A stretch of 64,000 bases of DNA from an uncultured Clostridium sp. GTDB taxonomy: Bacteria > Bacillota > Clostridia > UBA1212 > UBA1255. The stretch is taken from contig UQSG01000005.1 in the NCBI GenBank assembly GCA_900543695.1, positions 16,124-80,123 on the forward strand. Direction: 5' to 3'. Of this stretch, positions 57,663 to 64,000 are shown piece by piece. A program made the translations under genes and the position numbers. The notes under the pieces are model-generated. The model was given only the letters and a program-made list of their open reading frames with translations. It had not been told where the DNA came from and did not search any database. Numbering within the stretch: the stretch's first letter is position 1; every line of letters begins with the position of its first letter.

Positions 57663-59489
57663 TCAGTTATTCCACGGGATCGGATTTCCCTCGCTGAAGT
57701 ACGATACGCCAAGTTCCCCACAGTCATTGTTAAACTCTGCAGAGAGCGCCTCGTAATTTTCCTCGTCCGCAAACTCGCCGCGCTTTGCAAGCATTTTGTA
57801 ATACCGGTACTGCAATTCAGACCTCCGAACATGAAGGAGCGCCGTTTCGTTATCCTCAGCGGCGGCAACCGCATCTGCCCACAAGGCATCCAGCTCCGGC
57901 AGCATTTCATCCGTAATCAGTCCCTGGAAAATATCAACCGCATTGGAAACAAGATTGAATTCTCTGTTATGATCCAGCACCAGGCTGTGAATGATATCCA
58001 GGTATTCTCCTACCTTTGCTCCACCTTCGCCGTAATACGCGTTCAGGAATTCCTGTTTGTGTTGCTCCAGATCGGTGTAAGGATCCCACAAGAGCTTGGC
58101 AAGAAGATAAGAACGCAGCATGCCAAACTCTCCGCTGACGGGATCCTGATAATTGCCCTGAGCAAAAACGCCCTTGATTCCCTTTTCATAGAAATACTGC
58201 GCGTTTTTCTGGAGACGCTCCATATTAGGCATGGGGCACAGATATTGCGCAAAATTTGTCGTATAATCCCATACATACAAATTAAAGCCTGCTTCCAGCC
58301 ACTTCTCTATGTTCTCTACTGCGGAAGCATTCGCCGGGCACTCCGTAAGCGCATGCGGCGCGCAGCTGCTGATGCAGTACCGCACAATCACGTTTTCCGC
58401 AGGCTTCAGGTTGCGCGGAGGCAGAGCAGAGAATTGATAGGCAAGCGTCTCAAAAATCACATCCGGGAATTCATCCTTCAATTCCTCCGCCACGCGGTTC
58501 ACAAACCAGATCAGCGTTCCGGAATAGGAACGTTCCTCCCGGTTGATCTGTTTGCAATTTTCACACGTGCAGTACGATTCAATAACGTAGCTGTCGTTCT
58601 GGGAAATGGGGACGACCTTTGAATCAGGATGCTCCTTCATCCATTCGCGGATCTGATTGACAACGATCTGGAAGACGTCCTCATTAGTAAGACACAGCTG
58701 ACTGTACAGGAATTCAGAGGTTCTTTTCCCATTAATTTCCGAAAAATACTCAGGATGGCTTTCAAAATACTTGTCCACAGGCACCAGCATTTCAAAATTA
58801 TGCACGTGCTGCGGCCCTGCGTTTGAAATTCCGCCGCCCCACTCCGGCGAAATCGATCTGCCCAGAGTTCTGTTGAACAGATTGAAGCAGCTGTTCACGC
58901 GCTGTTTTACGCTCCATTCCTCATCAAAGGCGCACGCCCAGAAAACATCGCGGAAGGAAAAAGCAGGTCTCTGGCTGTCGCGGTAATCAGGATCCAGCAA
59001 AATCGTTTCCATCTTCGGCACTGTTTCGCAGTCGGGAGCAAAGAAGCGGCAGCCCAGCGACTCCAGAAAACCGTACACGCCGTAAAGCGTTCCTCTTCCG
59101 CTGCCGCCTGCAATGACAAGGGTGAAATCCTTCATCTGGACGGTGTAACCCTCTTCTCCCATCCATTCCCAGTCAAAATCACCGTATACATCCCGCGCGG
59201 TTTGTCCAATTACAATTTCATGTCCGGACGGCGCGGATGTATCATCCGTTATTTCCAGAGAGCAGCCTGATATCGATTTGATATATTTTTTCAGCTCATT
59301 CGCCGCCGTTACCTCGGAAGCCTCCGCCTCCGAGGACAGCACGATCTGATATTTGCTCATTTCGTCTTTTACGAGTAAGTTCCTGCCATTTTCCTGATCC
59401 GGCAAGCTGCTCGGGTCTTTACATCCGTTCATTATTCCGCACACTCCAATCAGTATTATCGCTAGAATCCACAAAATATGACGTTTCAT
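57663..59489 (-). CDS. DUF4838-type (glycoside-hydrolase-like) secreted/lipoprotein
   Basis: Signal ILWILAIILIGVCGIMNGC. 608 aa. Resemblance to DUF4838-type glycosidase family members judged from overall pattern only. Overlaps the downstream gene by 4 nt. Confidence 0.5.
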   Translation of the reverse strand: MKRHILWILAIILIGVCGIMNGCKDPSSLPDQENGRNLLVKDEMSKYQIVLSSEAEASEVTAANELKKYIKSISGCSLEITDDTSAPSGHEIVIGQTARDVYGDFDWEWMGEEGYTVQMKDFTLVIAGGSGRGTLYGVYGFLESLGCRFFAPDCETVPKMETILLDPDYRDSQRPAFSFRDVFWACAFDEEWSVKQRVNSCFNLFNRTLGRSISPEWGGGISNAGPQHVHNFEMLVPVDKYFESHPEYFSEINGKRTSEFLYSQLCLTNEDVFQIVVNQIREWMKEHPDSKVVPISQNDSYVIESYCTCENCKQINREERSYSGTLIWFVNRVAEELKDEFPDVIFETLAYQFSALPPRNLKPAENVIVRYCISSCAPHALTECPANASAVENIEKWLEAGFNLYVWDYTTNFAQYLCPMPNMERLQKNAQYFYEKGIKGVFAQGNYQDPVSGEFGMLRSYLLAKLLWDPYTDLEQHKQEFLNAYYGEGGAKVGEYLDIIHSLVLDHNREFNLVSNAVDIFQGLITDEMLPELDALWADAVAAAEDNETALLHVRRSELQYRYYKMLAKRGEFADEENYEALSAEFNNDCGELGVSYFSEGNPIPWNN

Positions 59490-60583
59490 GATTTCGACTT
59501 TCCTTTTTTTCTGACGACGGCAATTACAACGATCAGAACGACGATAACAGCTGCGCCTGCGGCAATTCCGATGATCAGACCGGTGTGATCTGATTTATCC
59601 GTTCCATCTGTAGTTCCCTGAGCTGCAGCTCCCGTCTTGCGCGGTGTCGTCGGCTTGCTGGTCTCAGAGGTTGTTTCCGGAGTCGCTTCCGGAGTTGCAT
59701 CTGCCGTCTCAGCCGGCGTTGGCTGCGGCTCTTCTGTCGCGTCGGGTGTTGTAAAGCTTAAAGAAACGTTTCTAAAGTCCGCGCTGATATCTCTGACCGC
59801 GACGCCGGCAAAAAAGTTTTCGGCTACCAGACGCGCTTTATCAGTCTTGAAAAGCTCGTTGCCCTGGGCGTCCTTCACTGTAGCGGTTTTATAATATGTA
59901 AAGTCCAGATATTCAAAAATTTCCGTATCAAAATCTTCTTCATATTCTCCCGCATCTGCCATCTCAACCGTTGCAAGCAGCGCGTCATTTACATATACTT
60001 CCGCCTTTTGTCCGTCGTCCTTGATGCGGATCGGCACGAATTTCTGCCAATCAATGCCCTCGATCATAAAGTCGTGATAAACGGAAGAAATTCCCCATGT
60101 GCTGTCGCTGTCCTGCGTCTTAATCGACAGCCGGATGCCGCCCTCGATCGGCGACAGCACGATACCCGTCGCACCGATTGACGACATTTCACCCTGACCG
60201 CCCTTCTCTACGTGGAAATCCCATTCATACAAGGCAAAAATATTACCCGTGCGGAAGCAGACGCCGATGTTCGTGCTCAGGCTGTTGGTTCTCAGATCCG
60301 CGGTAAATTCGCTGGGAGACGTAATCTCGTCATAAGAAAGAATCGCGTACAATCCGCCCAGTTCAATATATTTTCCTTCCTCGTCTTCTTCAACCCGCCC
60401 ATACGAGGTGGCATTCGCGCCCTTCGGCTCCCACCAGGAAGCAAAATCCGCAGTTTCCATTAAATCTGTACCGGCTTCATCTTCTTCGATGCCCCCGGTC
60501 TGAACCGTCTCTGCAAAAACGGTTCCCGTACCGATCAAAACGGCCAGCAGAAGAGCCGTAAATAAAAAGGTCAATTTTTTCAT
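59486..60583 (-). CDS. Surface protein (paralog 1 of a pair) with signal peptide and C-terminal TM/RKKGKSKS anchor
   Basis: Shares conserved blocks with the 61614 gene: F(R/I)TG(N/D)(I/V)F(A/N)LYEWDF(H/Y)(V/A)EKGG and YYKTA(T/V)VKDA(Q/S)G(N/T)ELF(K/R)TD. Confidence 0.7.
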   Translation of the reverse strand: MKKLTFLFTALLLAVLIGTGTVFAETVQTGGIEEDEAGTDLMETADFASWWEPKGANATSYGRVEEDEEGKYIELGGLYAILSYDEITSPSEFTADLRTNSLSTNIGVCFRTGNIFALYEWDFHVEKGGQGEMSSIGATGIVLSPIEGGIRLSIKTQDSDSTWGISSVYHDFMIEGIDWQKFVPIRIKDDGQKAEVYVNDALLATVEMADAGEYEEDFDTEIFEYLDFTYYKTATVKDAQGNELFKTDKARLVAENFFAGVAVRDISADFRNVSLSFTTPDATEEPQPTPAETADATPEATPETTSETSKPTTPRKTGAAAQGTTDGTDKSDHTGLIIGIAAGAAVIVVLIVVIAVVRKKGKSKS

Positions 60584-60739
60584 AACAATTCTCCTTTTCT
60601 CCTTTTTATTTTATTTTATCTAATATCCCGTATGTCCCATAGAGTAATATTATCTGATTATTGGAATATCTTTGCATTTAGACCTTTTTCTGTTGACTTA
60701 ATCCGGCAGATTCCATAAAATGAAGCGCGAGGTGACGAT

Positions 60740-61612
60740 ATGAACAGTGATTCCGTTTATGAAGAAATTCCGTTTGAAGACGCCATGTTCCCTATCCGGC
60801 TGCTGCAAAACAAGCGGCTTACGCCCGATACGCCGGAAAAAGGATCTTTAACATGGCATGAACAAATCGAGATTCTCTATTTTCACTCCGGAAGCGCCGC
60901 CGTTACCTGCGGCACGCGTAAATATATTACGGTTCCGGGTGAAATCTATATTATCAATCCGTATGAAATTCATGACGTTGCTTATTACGGAGGAACGCTG
61001 GTATTCGACTGCATTATGGCGGATCCCAGAATTTATCACGGAGCGCAGGACGAGGTCTGCGAGATTAAATACATGTCCCAGATTGAAAATCGCAAAATCT
61101 GTTTTAACAATAAAATTTCTCCTTCCGGTGAGCCGGCAGCAATTATCACGGAGCTGCTGAGGGAATATCAGCAAAAGCAGCCGGCATACGAGCTAAAGGT
61201 CAAAAGTCTGATTCTGAATTTTTTTGCCTGGCTTTTCCGTCACGAAGTCAACGAGAAGCATACGAAAGATGAAATTCTAAGAACGACGCAGAAATTCGAC
61301 AAGCTGAGAAATGCGTTTTCTTATATATACGATCATTACGACGAGGAAATCAATTTAACCGAGCTGGCCGGCAGCTGCAATTTCAATCTTTCTCATTTCT
61401 GCCGGCTGTTCAAATCCGTAACCGGTCAGACAGCCGTCCAATATATCAATGAGGTTCGTATGCTCAAAGCAGAGCTTCTGCTTCGAACCACGAACCTCGG
61501 GGTAGCTGAAATCGCCGGCAAAGTCGGATATCCGGATCCCTGCTATTTCAACAGATGCTTTAAACGGTATTTTCACGCAACTCCTTTGGAAATGCGGAAC
61601 AAACCGGATTGA
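60740..61612 (+). CDS. AraC-family transcriptional regulator (cupin sensing domain plus HTH)
   Basis: C-terminal AraC HTH (SHFCRLFKSVTGQTAVQYINEVRMLKAELLL). N-terminal cupin fold. Confidence 0.85.
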   Translation: MNSDSVYEEIPFEDAMFPIRLLQNKRLTPDTPEKGSLTWHEQIEILYFHSGSAAVTCGTRKYITVPGEIYIINPYEIHDVAYYGGTLVFDCIMADPRIYHGAQDEVCEIKYMSQIENRKICFNNKISPSGEPAAIITELLREYQQKQPAYELKVKSLILNFFAWLFRHEVNEKHTKDEILRTTQKFDKLRNAFSYIYDHYDEEINLTELAGSCNFNLSHFCRLFKSVTGQTAVQYINEVRMLKAELLLRTTNLGVAEIAGKVGYPDPCYFNRCFKRYFHATPLEMRNKPD

Positions 61613-61613
61613 T

Positions 61614-62636
61614 TTATAAACGAGCCTTCCGTCTCAGCGCTTTCGCTGAAACCGCTGACAGAAGCGCGGCTAAGCAGAGGATCGATATGCTCAGATCTCC
61701 TGTGCCAGGATTCGGATCGGCCGGCTCAGGATCTGTAGGCTCCGGATCCGTCGGTTCAGGATCAACCGGCTCCGGATCTGTCGGTTCCTCTTCCTCTCCG
61801 GAAATCGAAATATTATCGATATCGATAGCATTTTCCCGCACTCCGAACCCAAGGTAGCAGTCTTCCGCCGCAACGCGCGCACTGTCAGTACGGAAGAGCT
61901 CGGTTCCAGACGCATCTTTTACAACGGCAGTCTTATAATATACGCCTTCTAAGTATTCCGGAATTTCCGTTGCGGCGTCCTCCGGGTACGTTCCCTCATT
62001 AGAAAGCTCCACAGTAGCCGCAAGCGCGTCTTCGACGTAAATTTTGACAACGGAGCCGTCGTCCTCCACCTTCAGCGTCGTAAATTCTTTCCAGTCCGGA
62101 TTCCCTTCTACCACGATATCCGCATAGGCGCAGCTGGTGCCCCAGGGGCCCTCCGCTCTTGTTTTCACCGCAAGGCGGATTCCGTCGATTACGGGATAAA
62201 TGACGATCCCGACTGCACCGATCGAAGAGCTGCCCTCCATTCCGCCCTTTTCTGCATAGAAATCCCATTCGTAGAGATTAAACACATCGCCCGTTCTGAT
62301 GAAAACGCCCAGCCAGTCCGCCTTCGGCGTTTCCGTTCTGAGATCGACGGAAAAGGTATACGGCGCATCTACGGTTTTTGCGGACTGAAGCTCCAGCAGG
62401 CCAGACGCGTTCAGATAACGGTTTCCTTCTTCTTCCGCAATTACGCTTGCCGCTTCGCCCTGTCCGTTCTTCTCCACCCAGTCTTTTGAAAAAATTTCTG
62501 TGTTGTTGGAAATGGTCCCGACGGTTTCCTCTTCAAAGCTGCCGTCTCCGGTCAATGCAGCGGCGCTGACCGCTCCTCCCACGCAGAACATGCTCAGCAG
62601 GCACAGGAGCAATCCAACGCAAATTGTCTTCTTCAT
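61614..62636 (-). CDS. Surface protein (paralog 2) with PEPxD tandem repeats, TGD motif and C-terminal TM/RRKARL anchor
   Basis: PEPVDPEPTDPEPTDPEPADPNPGTGDLSISILCLAALLSAVSAKALRRKARL tail. Encoded by a 15-nt-period DNA repeat at about 61720-61800. Confidence 0.7.
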   Translation of the reverse strand: MKKTICVGLLLCLLSMFCVGGAVSAAALTGDGSFEEETVGTISNNTEIFSKDWVEKNGQGEAASVIAEEEGNRYLNASGLLELQSAKTVDAPYTFSVDLRTETPKADWLGVFIRTGDVFNLYEWDFYAEKGGMEGSSSIGAVGIVIYPVIDGIRLAVKTRAEGPWGTSCAYADIVVEGNPDWKEFTTLKVEDDGSVVKIYVEDALAATVELSNEGTYPEDAATEIPEYLEGVYYKTAVVKDASGTELFRTDSARVAAEDCYLGFGVRENAIDIDNISISGEEEEPTDPEPVDPEPTDPEPTDPEPADPNPGTGDLSISILCLAALLSAVSAKALRRKARL

Positions 62637-62730
62637 AGTAAATATGCCTCCCTTTTTTGGAAAATTTAATGAAAATATAATAAACCGGAACGTAAAAAAA
62701 CAGTTAGTTCAATCTTGCCGCGTTATTGCA

Positions 62731-64000
62731 TTATTTTTGCATACTCAGCTTTTCAAAAAGCATTTCAACGCCGCGGATTACGGCCATCTCGCTTTTCCTG
62801 CTGCACTGAGGCAGATTATACCAATGCGGCGCGTTGATGATTTCATAATGTCCGGACAGAATTTCTTTCGTTCCCGCCTCTTTTGCGCAGATCGTCTTTC
62901 CGTACCAGTACTCCATATCGCTGAGCAGAGCGTCGTCCATTTTAAATTCGGAAGCAGGCGCCAAATAGCCGTTCGTACCGTTGGCATGTCCGACGATAAA
63001 AACAGAGTCCGTCTCCAGACCGTGTATCCCGCAAATAGCTTCCAGACGGTTTCCGGTCTCACAAAAAATTTCGAACGGCAGAAAAAGGAACGCTGCCCGG
63101 TCCGACAATCGGAGCAGCTGCAGCTCCGCAGACAAAGAATTTTCGCGAGGCGTTTCTTCCCATTCGAGCGTCTCGCACAAAGCCTTTTGATGCCAATAAA
63201 TTTCCCGGACAATCCGCCTGCTTTCAAATGAATCCTCTGCGGATCCGCGTTTTTCCTCAAAAAAATCAATTGTTTTTTGCAGAACAGCCTTCGGCGGGTA
63301 TGGCAGCATTGGAATCTTAACGGTAATGGAAGCAAGCTGCGGCGCGCAGGCCGAGACGCAGCCATCATTTTCAAAATTTTCCAAAGCGGATAACACTTTA
63401 TCCGCAAGCTCGCCGCCGAGTGCCGCAATCCGCTCGTCATCGCCCAATTCGTCCGGAAGAAGAGGATCTGCATCCGCGCCTCTGCCCTGCAGGAACAGAA
63501 ACGGAACGCCGGGATATTTTTCCTGTGCAGCCTGCGTGAGCACGGAAGGATAATCCGCAGAAAGCAGCATCCCGGAAGAGCAGGTCGCATGGCAGGACGC
63601 CAGCACCAGCGCTCCTTTTAAGGAATTTTCCGTGTCATAAAAGCCGCAGATTTTGATTCTTCTGTCACAGAGCTCCCTCCCGCGCCGGTTTCCCATCAGA
63701 GACAGCTCGTCCCCGCGCAGAAATACGGGGCTGCATGGAGATGCCGTTTGAAACGCTTCCTGCACCGTTAAAGCGGCGCACATTCCAATCTGATCCCACA
63801 AATAATAATTAATCGGAAGATCTCCCAGCACCCCGCTGGCCGGAGCAGAATGCGTATGCGTCGCACAGACCGTAACGCAGTCCGGCGTCAGGCCATTCCG
63901 CCTCGCGATGCTTCGCTTCAAGCCCAAAGCGATCCGTTTTTCAAAGCCGCATGCGTCAAATACAGCAAGCGCATACCGAAAGCTTCCGGCGCATATTACA
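62731..64000 (-). CDS. Neutral/alkaline ceramidase-like hydrolase (N-terminus lies beyond the window end)
   Basis: CATHTHSAP (THTHSGP-type motif) near the start. The frame stays open upstream of the TTG-called start to position 64000. Confidence 0.5.
   Translation of the reverse strand, partial: VICAGSFRYALAVFDACGFEKRIALGLKRSIARRNGLTPDCVTVCATHTHSAPASGVLGDLPINYYLWDQIGMCAALTVQEAFQTASPCSPVFLRGDELSLMGNRRGRELCDRRIKICGFYDTENSLKGALVLASCHATCSSGMLLSADYPSVLTQAAQEKYPGVPFLFLQGRGADADPLLPDELGDDERIAALGGELADKVLSALENFENDGCVSACAPQLASITVKIPMLPYPPKAVLQKTIDFFEEKRGSAEDSFESRRIVREIYWHQKALCETLEWEETPRENSLSAELQLLRLSDRAAFLFLPFEIFCETGNRLEAICGIHGLETDSVFIVGHANGTNGYLAPASEFKMDDALLSDMEYWYGKTICAKEAGTKEILSGHYEIINAPHWYNLPQCSRKSEMAVIRGVEMLFEKLSMQK

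Noticed and set aside
61715-61800. Tandem 15-nt repeats (GGATC[CT]G...GGCTC) that could look like a mini CRISPR/VNTR array
   Set aside because: They lie inside a coding frame and encode the PEPxD repeats of the surface protein. There are no spacers of unique sequence and no cas genes nearby.
1-64000. Mobile elements, integrases, transposases, prophage genes, tRNA/rRNA genes, toxin-antitoxin pairs
   Set aside because: I found no ORF with transposase/integrase/recombinase motifs, no clover-leaf-like tRNA candidates and no inverted terminal repeats bounding a segment. Gene content is uniformly housekeeping/metabolic with consistent composition.

Overview
This 64 kb window is a GC-rich (about 55-58%) chromosomal segment that reads like a strictly anaerobic Firmicute (Clostridia-type), judging from its gene content (Hdr/Flx, flavodoxins, LDH-like MDH) and its AGGAGG-type ribosome-binding sites. 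I found no mobile elements, integrases, CRISPR arrays, tRNAs or rRNAs. Almost all of the window is densely packed coding sequence on both strands. The six-frame track treats GTG/TTG as start codons, so the starts of small ORFs are uncertain.

Content in order along the window:
- 3' end of an ABC exporter gene.
- Mrp/NBP35 ATPase.
- C_GCAxxG_C_C protein.
- Tandem-GNAT acetyltransferase.
- An aromatic amino-acid operon: 2-hydroxyacid dehydrogenase, aroA, aroC, pheA, and an aroE-aroK fusion.
- A LysR regulator.
- A MerR-associated redox/detox cluster with three flavodoxin modules, one of them fused to a formylglycine-generating-enzyme-type domain.
- A TetR regulator followed by a translationally coupled heterodimeric ABC exporter.
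- A roughly 13 kb, 13-gene minus-strand operon, described below.
- A PrsA-like peptidyl-prolyl isomerase, an S4 RNA-binding protein, MazG and tadA.
- Two membrane-anchored proteins of unknown function and a compact UvrD-type helicase.
- Glycolytic genes pfk and fba.
- An XRE/cupin regulator with potABCD.
- A locus of paralogous surface proteins around an AraC regulator and a DUF4838-type protein.
- The start of a neutral-ceramidase-like gene, running off the window edge.

The most interesting system is the 13-gene minus-strand operon (about 25759-38740). It encodes, in order:
- an LDH-like malate dehydrogenase,
- a class II fumarase,
- HdrB, HdrC, HdrA and MvhD,
- three Flx-type Fe-S/flavin subunits,
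- a soluble FrdB/FrdA-like fumarate reductase pair,
- an AAE-family (SucE/AspT-like) transporter,
- and a cupin protein.
I read this as a candidate Flx-Hdr-coupled, possibly flavin-based electron-bifurcating, oxaloacetate-to-succinate module.

Other recurring themes:
- Six or seven extracytoplasmic proteins share a tripartite C-terminal tail: a Pro/Thr/Asp/Glu-rich linker, a (T/G)G(D) motif, a hydrophobic helix and a basic cluster. Two of the tails are nearly identical.
- One member of this family is split by a single in-frame TAG codon.
- There is an S11 DD-carboxypeptidase homolog that lacks the catalytic Ser and Lys.
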